A DNA stretch of 63,636 bases, the filler included, from Octopus bimaculoides (Eukaryota): assembly GCF_001194135.2 (NCBI RefSeq). It is 4 parts of 4 records of this genome, joined end to end, with 100 filler letters (N's around TTAATTAATTAA, not from the genome) between each part and the next. Parts side by side here need not be neighbours in the genome. Positions count along the whole stretch, not along the records: positions 1 to 19,434 come from NC_068991.1; positions 19,535 to 31,600 come from NC_068989.1; 2 more parts are not named here. One strand, 5' to 3'. Below the pieces are notes generated by a model. That model was not told where the DNA came from and searched no databases. It saw only the letters and a list, made by a program, of their open reading frames with translations. Every line of letters starts with the position of its first letter. Positions within the stretch are counted from its first letter, which is position 1. Positions 11,508-23,345 of the stretch are shown piece after piece. The position numbers and the translations under genes are program-made.

Positions 11508-11950
11508 AGTGGTAGTAGTAGTAGCTGTTGTTGCTTTTGTTGCTGCTTTTGTAGTTGTTGTTGTTAGCGGTGGCGACAACGGTGGTGGTGGTAGTGGTGG
11601 TGGNNNNNNNNNNNNNNNNNNNNNNNNNNNNNNNNNNNNNNNNNNNNNNNNNNNNNNNNNNNNNNNNNNNNNNNNNNNNNNNNNNNNNNNNNNNNNNNNN
11701 NNNNNNNNNNNNNNNNNNNNNNNNNNNNNNNNNNNNNNNNNNNNNNNNNNNNNNNNNNNNNNNNNNNNNNNNNNNNNNNNNNNNNNNNNNNNNNNNNNNN
11801 NNNNNNNNNGTGGTGATGTGGTGGTGGGGATGTGGTGGTGGGGATGTGGTGGTGGTGATGTGGTGGTGGTGATGTGGTGGTGGCGGTGGCGGTGGTGGCT
11901 GTGGAGGTCACCATTTTGGTGTTGTTGAAGCGACGGTGGCAGCGGCAATA
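10980..11950. repeat. Trinucleotide low-complexity tract (GGT/TGT/GCT/AGT) with a gap
   Basis: Directly visible. Confidence 0.93.
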
Positions 11951-12259
11951 ACAGTGGTGCCATGCCAGCTTGCTTAATGGTATTGTTATAATGATAACCG
12001 TAATGGCGTATAAAGACCCATACTTAATTTGCAGCTATGTCTGCTATCGTCGCCTGCCCCATATTTATGCTTGGCAGAACGGTTAAATCCTCTCTACATT
12101 TACGTATTTGTGTAGATACACAATCAAACGCATACATAGTTACACATAACAACGCGTGGCTATTTTATGCGTATATGTTTATATATCGGCTACCTAACTA
12201 TCCCCCAAACTCTTCCTCTCTCTCACCCTCTCCCTCTGTCTTTCTTTATCCCTCTCTCC

Positions 12260-12296
12260 TTGCATACACACATATATATAGATATATATACATATG

Positions 12297-12378
<82 letters not shown>

Positions 12379-12556
12379 TATATAGATACAAATATATATA
12401 CATGTGTATATATATTTACATATACATATATATATGTATATATATGAATATAGATATATACATGCATACACTCACTCAAACACCTTTGTATAACTGTATA
12501 TATGTATGTGTGTGAGTGTATGTGTGTATGTGTGTACATATACATCTATGTGTACG

Positions 12557-12636
<80 letters not shown>

Positions 12637-13017
12637 TATGTATGTATATGTATATATGTATATACATATGTACGTGTGTATTAGGTTTTACCGATTTTAT
12701 TATATCGGTTATAGTCATCGTTGGACATCAACACGTCTCTATTCACTCACACACAACGGACACACAACACACACAGCACACCTACCAACACATACGTATG
12801 CGCGCACGTGTGTGTGTGTGCGTGTGTGTATGTGTGTGCGTGTGGAGGTGTGTGAGTGAGGAACAAGAGTTGACGAAATATCCCAACTTTTAAATCTATG
12901 AATCTAGTGATATGTAAGTAATATCTTTGTTTCTCTAAAACACGATTTTGTCTGTTTAAACAAAATAGACAGATAGGCATACACATAAAATCAAAGTTAT
13001 TTTTGCCTATAACCATG

Positions 13018-13048
<31 letters not shown>

Positions 13049-13050
13049 AT
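12260..13050. repeat. (TA)n/(CA)n/(TG)n compound microsatellites
   Basis: Directly visible. Confidence 0.93.
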
Positions 13051-13430
13051 ATTCCTATATGTGTGTACGTGGACGCATCTATATGTATGTGTGTGTATTG
13101 CGTTTTGAGTTGATTGTTGACGTGGAGAGTAGACTGTTGCAGGAAAGCTCTTTTTTGTAGTTTATTGAATATTCTATCCTCCCCTCTTCTTAAATGCTTG
13201 CTTTGCTGTATATTTCGTCGACGTAGTTGCTTTGTTTTTATTTTTATTGCCGATAGAAGCAGCGTCAATGATTTCCGTTTTATCTAAACTGTTGTTGTGT
13301 CTGTTATTTCCTTTGTTCATTTATACTGGTTCATCACGTCGAAGAGTTGATCTCTGGTTTCGGATGATCGGCGTTGGTTCTGCGCCGAGGAAAGGTGAAA
13401 AAATGTCCAAGTGGTAAAAGGAGATGGTTG

Positions 13431-13450
13431 TTAATGGCCACGCCAATCAC
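13431..13450 (-). CDS. Candidate terminal coding exon of the HAX1-like gene (...RDWRGH*)
   Basis: Acceptor ctcctaatattttaaaag|gt. Phase matches the phase-1 donor of the exon at 30890. Non-repetitive sequence with AATAAA motifs follows (putative 3' UTR). Confidence 0.4.
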
Positions 13451-13494
13451 CTTTTAAAATATTAGGAGAGAAATGTGAGATGGCGTTAGATAGA

Positions 13495-13504
13495 TAGGTA
13501 GATG

Positions 13505-13573
<69 letters not shown>

Positions 13574-13619
13574 ACGGACAGACGGACAGATAAACAGACA
13601 GACAGACAGACAGACAGAC

Positions 13620-13670
<51 letters not shown>

Positions 13671-13740
13671 AGACAGACAGACAGACGAACGGGCAGACAG
13701 ACAGACCAACGGACAGACAGACAGATAGATAGATAGATAG

Positions 13741-13778
<38 letters not shown>

Positions 13779-13790
13779 TAGAGAAAGAGA
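13495..13790. repeat. (GATA)n/(GACA)n/(GA)n microsatellites
   Basis: Directly visible. Confidence 0.95.
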
Positions 13791-14334
13791 GAGAAACTGT
13801 GGCTCTGTAATAACTGCGTTAGACGCTGCGAATTTTTATAATACGCAATAAATACTCGTGGGGAGAGAGAGAGAGAGAGAGAGAGTTAAAGGGTTTGTGA
13901 GATGAGGAAAATGTTTAGAAGTTCACAGTTTTATGAGTATTCTATCAAATAAACTCGATCCAATTTCTTTGTGTTAGTGATCGAGAAAATTTTATTTTAA
14001 CACAGTGAGCAAGCCGTACTTACACGTGTTGTTTCGGGGATAGTCTCTCTAAGACTACAGCGTTACCAAATATGTCCCTTTTATAAAAGTTGCATGGACT
14101 TACTTGTGGAACTTTCAGCTACTGTTTTTAGCAGGTACCCATCAATAAGTATCCTGTTTCATGTGAAAGAATAGGAATAAGAAATTTAGGATCACGATGC
14201 AATCCTATGTTCTTCTCATTTACTTTGTCAGGAGACAAATATAGTTACAATTGGAAATTGGGAGGTGAACCTACTAACCATTTAAACGAAATACTTGTGT
14301 GTGCTTATAAACATATATACGTATATATTTGTTC

Positions 14335-14515
14335 ACTTCGTGCCATAATGCCTCGACACGATCTCTTCAACCAGTTATGTTTGCTGCCACTGTTCTGGTC
14401 TTATTCTAGCTTCTCCACCCTTTTCGTCTCTTTTCCTTGTCAATGACCCTCAGCCATGTGGTTTTAGGGCGCCCTGCTGCTCTTTTCCCCCACGGGATTC
14501 TAATTTAGCGCCACT
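14335..14515 (-). mobile_element. RTE LINE 3' coding remnant
   Basis: Minus translation KRAAGRPKTTWLRVIDKEKRRKGWRS*..AANITG*RDRVEAL fits the RTE C-terminal GRPKTTW motif. Confidence 0.8.
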
Positions 14516-14540
14516 ATACAATCGCTTTCTCGATGTCATA

Positions 14541-14586
<46 letters not shown>

Positions 14587-14920
14587 AAACAATTCTCCTT
14601 ACTCGAGTTTCACAGCAATGCGATTGACAGATGAAGCTGCTTTAGATACTCTGGCATGGATTCTTTTTTCAGTATATGACTTTCCTTTACATTGACCGAT
14701 TTCTAATGTTTTACTAAGGTAGTATTTGTTATTTACATTAATTCATAGGTCAAATCGTTAGTTTATACATTTTTCATTAGTCGTCATTAATTAGACAGTT
14801 GTTCTGTCACCATTTCTTAATATATAGGTGTCCATATCTATGTATATGCGCTTCTATCTTTATAAACAAATTTATATAAACGTAAATATATGTATGTGTG
14901 TGTATTCTACCTATATGTCT

Positions 14921-15290
14921 GTGCACATCTTTCAATGCAATGTATGCCAGAAGGTTTGCAAATCTAATGGAGGCCCCAAAAGACATTTCAAGACCCACGA
15001 AGATCAGAACTTATCTGCAACTCTTGGTGGTCCCAGTCGGACATGCAATTTATGTGGGTGTATTTTCAAAACGTTGTCTGATTTAAAAAGCCACATCAGG
15101 TACCATTATGGTTCTAAGGTACAGGAGGTGGTCAAACTCTGCATAAGGAAGGGCATCCAGCTGTAGAAACTCTGTCAAATCAGATTGGAGCCTGGTGTAG
15201 CCATCTGGTTTCACCGGTCCTCAGTCAAATCGTCTAACCCATGCTAGCATGGAAAGCGGACGTTAAATGATGATGATGATGATGATGATG
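14921..15290 (+). mobile_element. LINE (RTE-type) C-terminal double C2H2 zinc finger joined to a (GAT)n-tailed SINE/LINE 3' end
   Basis: FQCNVCQKVCKSNGGPKRHFKTH and CNLCGCIFKTLSDLKSHIRYH, then ggaagggcatccagc...gcatggaaagcggacgttaaa(tga)n. Confidence 0.7.
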
Positions 15291-15359
15291 TATGTATGTA
15301 TGTATGTATGTATGTATACTATTAGTTACAAACATTTACCAAACAGCTATGCATCTATA

Positions 15360-15598
15360 CTCTGTTCTTGGTTTCAGTCATTGGACTGCAGCCATACTGG
15401 GGCGTATCTTTGAAAGATTTTTCTTAATCAAATCGATTCTAATACTTTTTTCTTATTCTGTCAGTTTCTATTCTGCTGAAACGCTAGGTTATTTGTGACG
15501 TTGACGAACACAGATTGAGAAGTGATGTCACGCAGAGACAAGATAAGGTGAGATAAAAACGTACACAAGCATATACATTCGCACATAGATATACACAC

Positions 15599-15639
<41 letters not shown>

Positions 15640-15790
15640 TGTGTGTCAGTATACCGAATCCACTCACAAGGCTTTGAGCGGCCCAGAGTTTTAGTGGAAG
15701 ACACATAGCATAATTTCATTATGCTATGGGATTTAACCCGAAACCATCTGGTTTCGAAGCAGAATAATTAACTTCACATATATGACTGCT
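15360..15790 (-). mobile_element. Degenerate SINE family A
   Basis: cagtcattggactgcagccat...ccactcacaaggcttt...gaagacac on the reverse strand. Confidence 0.75.
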
Positions 15791-15913
15791 CCTATTTATG
15801 TATATAAATCTTCTTATACATCTGAATAGATATATATTAACGTATGTGTGGATGTATAATTAAAAAGAAGAAAATGATTAAAATGAAAAACATTGATTAA
15901 AAAAGGACTATGA

Positions 15914-15972
<59 letters not shown>

Positions 15973-16366
15973 AACGTGTATATGAAAGAGAATGGAGAGA
16001 ATGAGGGAGAGAGAATAGGGGGATGAAAGAGATATTGTTAAGGTCAGTTTATAAGAACAAAATGTCCAAAACATAGATCATATTCGTTCGGCTATATCGA
16101 TATTCATCCAACCATTTAGTTATGCGGTCAACCGTGCCGCGAGGAAACACCGAAGGACACCGATCAGGCGTTCTCCTGTGGGCTGATCTGTTTCAACCCA
16201 TATCTCACCACATCATTCTCTATAATACCACGCAGCAACCACACCATATCCTTGTCACACTAATCAAACATGGCGCCTGTCGAGCATCTGTCACTCGAAC
16301 TGGTTAGAGACAGGACTCACCCGTGCAGCATTACGGCGTATAAATATGAGTGTGTCTATGTTCGTT

Positions 16367-16439
<73 letters not shown>

Positions 16440-16607
16440 ATATATGTGTGTGTGTGTATATATATATATATAAATATGTACGTATATTACACAGATGAAT
16501 GTATGTTTATCTCAATATATACACGCATATACATATATATATATATAAACCTATATATATGCATATATATGTGTGTGCATGTATATATGTATGTATATAT
16601 ATATATA

Positions 16608-16655
<48 letters not shown>

Positions 16656-17227
16656 CACACACACATATATATATAACAACAGATGTGACACCAACAATGC
16701 GTATATTACTTTATGTCGGATCAAGCAAATGTGAAAGCAATTCTCTTAAAAATAAATACAGCGATATTTTCGGCACGCGCACTCATCATCCTAAGTTATG
16801 GCAGATGCCACAGTTTTCACAGCTTGACTGCAAGTTAAACTGCAAGAAATTATATATCAAACTTATAGCAGACAGTTGTTAGTTTGAAAGCCGAATTACT
16901 GTTCGGTAGAAAATATTCATGCTGTATCAAAGATGGCTTCATCGTACAAATAATGCTTCATCAGTGATATAAACCAACCTAATGCAGTCTGCTAGACATT
17001 GTATGAACTGTCGTTGCTGTTTAGCCCAAGGCCAGCTTAAAGTTCGGCTGTCAGAGAACAGATATACGATGAAAGACAACCATACTTCAATATCTTGTTT
17101 TTGTCCAGATATATTAGAGACCTATAACGCTTGTAATGTCTTGTAAAGTTAGCAGGATATGCTTCGAAAAAGAATTTCTATTGTTTCTAACATTAGAATT
17201 TCTGCGCGCGCATGTATCTTTGTGCGC

Positions 17228-17545
17228 ATGTGTGTCTTTGTCCCCCCACCCCGCCACTTGATAACCGGTGTTGGTTTGTTTACGTTTCCGTAACATAGAG
17301 TTTCAGCCATAAGAAACTGATCGAATAAGTACCAGGCTTAAAAAGAACATATTGGATAATGAATTTCTAGATACAATGAATCTGAAAGAAATAAAAAGAT
17401 ACAATGGTCACGAATTGAATGAGATTGAATAAGTAATCATGCTTTTTAAAAACATAAGTACTGAGGTCGATTCATTCAACAAAAAGGTCTTCGAGGCGGT
17501 GCCCCAGCATGACCACAATCTAACAACTGAAACAGATCAAAGATA
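17228..17545 (+). mobile_element. SINE family A, 3' half with an insertion
   Basis: Shared tail motifs. Confidence 0.8.
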
Positions 17546-18625
17546 ATTGAAAAGGATAAACCGAGTGACAAGTTGGGGTAGGCTCACATTGTTTTAAGTT
17601 TGAATGAAAAGAGCCTGACGTTCATGCTGATTTCCCTTTCGTGGAAACTTATTCCATCTCTCATTTCTCCACATATCCCGAGTAAGGGGTCATAAGTCCG
17701 AAATATCGCAAGACTAGTTAGAACTTCAACTCTTATTCTGTTTTCATTTTTATAGTTCACTTTGTATTTCATATTTCATTTCGCACTGTTTCGGCCTTGT
17801 CAAGTTTTTATCTCCTGTAGTGTCACTATAATAGTCTAACACACATACTTATATACACACACATACTTATACACACACACATACTTATATACACACGCAC
17901 ACACAGGCGGGGGCGGGGGCGGGGAGAGAGAAGCACTATACTGCGTTACGGTGAACGGAGCTGCAAACTCACAAGCATGTGGTTTTAGTAAAAATGCATC
18001 ATTCTGGAGAGTAGATGCTATGGTTCAATACCATGTTTTTAAAAAATGTGACTGAATTCTTTGTTTTCTTACATTTTAGATATTGTTTCCATATTTTCCT
18101 GACCCTAGAATAATCAGCAATTTGTTGTTATTACGGTAAGAACCAACTTGAACACAAATAAAGTAGTCTGGCCTAATTTGCATAACACTGTAAGTGTTGG
18201 CAACCTGAATATTTAGTTAATAGAAACACTACACGACGTTAAGATAATACAAATATCAGATTAACTTTCGAGTATGTGTTATAAAAGTGACACATTTTAC
18301 ATCTTGCTGTGAAATATAAATGCTGTTATTAAACCATATTTCTGCGAGTAAAAGAGAAAGAAGTAATTAGTTCAGTTTCTTTTACCCATTTCTAATATTT
18401 TATTCACGATGTTAACGTCTGCACTTGCAAATTAGAACAGACTTACTTTTATCGAAGTTTGTACATTTTATACATAGCTACACAGTTATTGTTTTTCTTT
18501 AGGAAACAAGAAACCAATCACTGACGAAGTGGGAGGAAAAGAACTCTGCATTTAGGCGCAGGTGTGGCTGTATAGGAGGGAGTTTGCTCCCAATCACAGT
18601 ATATATAGTATGAACCAGGGACTGT

Positions 18626-18880
18626 GTGGAGGCGCGTGGCTTAGTGGTTAGGGTGTCAGCATCATGATCGTAAGATTGTGGTTTTGATTCCTGGACAGGG
18701 CGCCGCGTTGTGTTCTTGAGCAAAACACTTCATTTCATGTTGCTCCAGTCCACTCGGCTGGCAAAAATGAGTAACGCTGCGATGGACTGGCGTCCCGTCC
18801 AGCTGGGGAACGCATGCGCCATTGAAACCGGGAAACTGGGCCCATGAGCCTGGCTAGACTTTAAAAGGGCGCATTTATTA
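18626..18880 (+). mobile_element. tRNA-derived CORE-type SINE
   Basis: A-box tggcttagtgg, B-box-like gttttgattcc, core cttgagcaaaacactt...gcgatggactggcgtcccgtccag. Confidence 0.85.
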
Positions 18881-19035
18881 TATTATTTTATACAGTTATT
18901 GTTTCTCTTTAGGAAACAAGAAACCAATCACTGACGAAGTGGGAGTAAAAAACTCTGTATTTAGGTGCAGGCGTGGCTGTGTAGGAGGGAGTTTGCTTCC
19001 TAATCCCAGTATATATAGTATGCAACAGGAACTGT

Positions 19036-19275
19036 GTGGAGGCGAGTGGTTAAGTGGTTATGGTGTTGCACTCATGATCATAAGATTGGGCTTTCGATTC
19101 CTGAACAGGGTGATGCGTTGTGTTCTTGAACAAAATACTTCGTTTCAGGTTATTCCAGTCCACTCATCTGGCAAAAATTAGTAATCCTGTGACGGACTGG
19201 TGACTCATCCTGGGGGTGAATGTATACCCCACAGAATCTGGGAAACCAGCCTTATTAGACTATGACTCGAGAAGA
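19036..19275 (+). mobile_element. Second, more diverged CORE-type SINE within a 410-bp tandem duplication
   Basis: Unit 18482-18891 is repeated at 18892-~19280. Confidence 0.82.
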
Positions 19276-19478
19276 ACTTTGATAATTTTTTTTTTATTAT
19301 TTTGAACAAGTGTGGCTGTGTGGTATGAAGCTCGCTTCCCAACCACATCGTTCCGGGTTCTATTATAGTCTTGTGAGTGGATTTTGTAGACGGAAACTGA
19401 AAGGAGCTCGTCGTATATATATATATATATATATNNNNNNNNNNNNNNNNNNNNNNNNNNNNNNNNNNNNNNNNNNNN

Positions 19479-19490
19479 TTAATTAATTAA
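19479..19490. other. Artificial six-frame-stop linker TTAATTAATTAA in a 100-bp scaffold spacer
   Basis: Flanked by exactly 44 N on each side. Confidence 0.95.
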
Positions 19491-19534
19491 NNNNNNNNNN
19501 NNNNNNNNNNNNNNNNNNNNNNNNNNNNNNNNNN

Positions 19535-21082
19535 GTGACCCCGAATAAAGAACGACTGCAGCCGAAAATCTGAACTGCGACCAGTAATACTACAATTGGT
19601 ACCCCGAGCTAAAAAGATCTACAGACCTCGTTTCAACAGCCATTGAATTCGTATGTTTCGCGACGTTCAACATCAGGATTGCCTCTACATTCTCATCAAA
19701 CACAAGTGAAAAGCTAAGAAAATTTTTTCTACGTTAAAGTTTTCATTTTTGTCAATGACTTACAGAGCCTATAAACAAAAACTTCTTTACGGCTAGGACC
19801 TTTGTGGTTTTTCACACAAAAAAACTTCACGGTTATTTCATCCTAACAACTTTTTGAGCAATTTCCTACATGTTTCACGAGACGTCAATTCATTCTTACA
19901 CAGCGTCCTCTACTTGCTGAAAATAGCAGTAAAATGCACAGTTACATTTCACAATGCCACTCAACGGTACCTCTCAAATAGACGCCCTGTCCAATTTCTC
20001 TCTCCTGATACGCATCAACAGCTACCATCCCGCTTCTAATGGAAGGGTTGAGCGTTTTCATAGGCAATTTAAGGCTTCCTTACACGCCTCGCTCAACCCG
20101 CAGTCTTGGGTTGAATTTCTTCAAGATCGACGCTAATGGTCGTACAGAGATTGTGTCTGTCGACCGTCTGAAAAAGCGTACCTTTTCAAACACCACTGTC
20201 AACATCATTACCACCACACATACAGAACACAGCCAGTTTACAGCGACGTCATCAACAACCACGACGAACTACAAGCATCGCCCCCCGACGTCGCCAACAG
20301 CAATACGTACTACCAGCATCGTCAACATGACTTCTACACGTACACAAGCAACCAACATCAACAAGCACGGTTTTATCTCGACTCTGTTAGAGTGGATGTT
20401 TTCCACTCACGATCAACAGACCATCCAGAATATTCAGTACCAGGTAACAGGTCCCAACTAGCATCCGACGCTCAGCTACAGCTCTGCTCCTTGACCACAA
20501 CTTCCTGCGTATTAACATTCTGAATCTCCTTGTGTAACTTTTATAGAATATTCCGTACCAGGTATCACAAGTCCCAGCATCGACGCTCAACTACAGCTCT
20601 GCTCCTTGACCACAACTTCCTGCGTATGGACATTTTATCATCTTGTGTAACTCTTATACGAACTGGATTTTTTCTCTACATACACTTTTACTATGTTCTG
20701 TGTTTTCTTTCACACACACACTTGTGCACTCATATATTTTCATTCCTTTCAGAAACATTGCATGCATGTATCTCAAAAGTGTCCATTCATTTCTTTGATT
20801 TTTCTTTGTGCGTGTTTGTGCCACATTTTGTGGTTGGTTTCAGTGGCCATCTTGCCTCAGGCGTTCCTCCAATTTTCTATTTTCGTGCGTTCCGCACTCG
20901 CAGGGGAGCCCTGTAGTAACGCCTTGTCTCGTGCGCATGCGTAGTCAAATAACCACGGAAATCATTCAGAAGGCGTCTCAGCAACCAAAGGGCGAAGTGC
21001 TGCCTATTTCCTCTGTAAAATAAATATTGTTGTGTTGATGGTCCAGAATCTGCGTTTCGTTGTTTCTTTTGAATTTAATATA
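19535..21082 (+). mobile_element. Internally deleted Ty3/Gypsy LTR retrotransposon
   Basis: PBS-like gtgaccccga at 19535; integrase INSYHPASNGRVERFHRQFKASL and ANGRTEIVSVDRLK; PPT aggggagccc followed by a TG-start 3' LTR at 20912-~21082. The 5' LTR falls in the gap. Confidence 0.88.
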
Positions 21083-21602
21083 GGAAAGCGGGTGTACACC
21101 TAATGGTGTATAACCACTTTCCTATACTCCTTTTCTATATTTATACATAACCGAATAATATAAAATATTTCTTTTGTAATACACACTATATTCGGCCTAT
21201 TATATTTCGTAAATATAAACTTTAAACAATAATTAATAATACTTATTAATTAATAGAAATGAACTAAATTCTTATGTTTCAAGAATATTCCGTAATTTTT
21301 CTATAAAAGCCAATTGTGATGACGTAATGCACCACATCCCTGTCTATCGCTAATGTAAACAAATAATGTATATTCATCGTGCTCGTTATGTGAGAGATAT
21401 ATACCTATGCATTATGCAAATGTCATTACGTAAATGAATTTCATCTAAGCATTAATTTAATTACACTGTAATATAAACAAATACTATTAAAATGAATGTT
21501 GTAATACTTATGTATGTGTGTGTATGTATGCCTTGTGCATGTACTTATATGCATGTATATGTGTATCTGTCCATATATATATATATATATGTGCATGTGT
21601 AC

Positions 21603-21643
<41 letters not shown>

Positions 21644-22541
21644 AAAAGTCAGACATTATAAAAAACTTATAAATGCAAATTTAATGCATAAATTTGTTTT
21701 ATTTATTTTATGGAAACAGATGTAGGAAGAAATAATTATCAATTTATTAATAATTAAATATTAACCACTAACTCTTCATTTTCTTCTCTTAATTTAATAC
21801 AGATTATATACTTAATATATACCTATTTTATTTCCCAAAGACATAAGGTGAATGTGCGTGGTGGCATGTGTGTGTGATAGCGTGTGTGTGTATTGTAGCG
21901 CGAGTGTGTGACAGTAACTGAGTGTGTGTATGTGTGTGTGCGTGCGCGGAGCGTGTGTGGATATATTGGTGGTAGCATGTGTGTGTGAGTGTGATAGCGT
22001 GTGTGGTTATGGTAGCGTGTGGTGGTAACTGTGTGTGTGTGTAGTATTAACTGTATCTGTGTGGTATTAACTCTTTACATGTGTTTGTAGTGTGTGAACG
22101 GACACACATAAAGGGAAACAATATTATCGTCTTATCACATTAGAATTAGAAGTGAAAGAATAAAAGTGAAACAATATTATATCACCCAAGGAAGTCAATT
22201 TGGAGACAGAAATTACAAACCACATTTCAGCGTATAAAGCTGTAGAAGAAAATAGGTTGTGTGAAGTAACTTGAGCCACTTTAGGATATCTTTTTCTAAC
22301 GCATGAACACTCAGTGGCGTGGTTGAATTCTCATTGGTTAGTAATGAAGGCTGTATCACAAAGGTTTTCAATAGAGGGAAAAATATAAATAATGTATTTA
22401 AATAGGAGTGCCAAACATTTAAAATAAATAATGTTGTAGGGAAAACGTACAAATAGCAAAGAGAGAGAGAGAGAGAGAGAGAGAGCGGAAGGGAGACAGA
22501 GAAAAGGTATAAGAGAGAACGAGGGAAAGAGACAGGGGGAC

Positions 22542-22573
<32 letters not shown>

Positions 22574-22639
22574 CGTGAAAGAAACAGAATAGACTTAAAG
22601 AGAGGAAGTATTGCAGAGGGTGTAAGTGAGAAAGAGAAG

Positions 22640-22917
22640 AGATAAATAAACAGAGAGAGAAGAGGGAGAGAATCGCTTGAAAACTGTTGAAGTCAACGGC
22701 AGAGAATCGGTTGAAACTGCAGTTTTTACAAAAAAACCTATGTGAAAAACCCGGTCGGCTTCTCGCATTACGCGGTAGCTCTGGGCAAAATGTTATAGTC
22801 CATGACCATCCTTGGCACATAAGTAATGTGTGTGTAAAGTTTGGTGAAAATCAGTTGAAAACTGTAGAAATGCATACGTACTACACACACACACATCCTT
22901 TGTTTCATTTATATAGA
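22640..22917 (-). mobile_element. Non-autonomous Helitron-like element, 5' end
   Basis: Ends aagtttggtgaaaatcagttgaaaactgtaga..(CA)n..tttatatagat, which is A|TCTATATA on the minus strand. The 3' end was not resolved. Confidence 0.55.
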
Positions 22918-23183
22918 TAACTCTCGTGTGGACATAGCAACTAGCACAGAAATAATGTACGCATTCGCGAAGGTGAATTAATACTATCGAAACATATATA
23001 GAATTGCCTCGCATATATAAAGAAACGTTTAAGAATGTATTTAGCTAATGTGTCTTTTCCTCATCTTGTATTGATTTCTAGTTGTTTTATTTTTATATTT
23101 GTTGCATTACGTATGCGCCAACATTACTAGATATATCAGTATACTAAATTAATCATTCAAATTGTATACACCATAATCTATTG

Positions 23184-23187
23184 TATG

Positions 23188-23250
<63 letters not shown>

Positions 23251-23261
23251 GTCTGTCTGCC

Positions 23262-23344
<83 letters not shown>

Positions 23345-23345
23345 A
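23184..23345. repeat. (TCTA)n/(TCTG)n microsatellite
   Basis: Directly visible. Confidence 0.95.

Noticed and set aside
11371-11963. Mucin-like or His/Pro/Thr-rich ORFs
   Set aside because: Trinucleotide repeats are open in several frames on both strands and run through N gaps, with no splice or domain evidence.
10106-12893. Many YI/CV/TH-repeat ORFs (also 46-49 kb, 52 kb and 60-63 kb)
   Set aside because: Dinucleotide and tetranucleotide microsatellites lack stop codons; these are not genes.
14828-15166. Host C2H2 zinc-finger transcription factor gene
   Set aside because: Only two fingers with no TGEKP linkers, no splice context, and directly followed by a retroelement tail.
18626-18700. 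tRNA genes (also 36060-36138 and 44950-45028)
   Set aside because: The A/B-box heads continue into SINE bodies, some with TSDs, so they are SINE heads.
21315-21330. TGACGTAA ATF/CRE-like motifs (also ~24478 and ~41387) as promoters
   Set aside because: An 8-mer with no independent TSS evidence; compatible with chance or TE origin.
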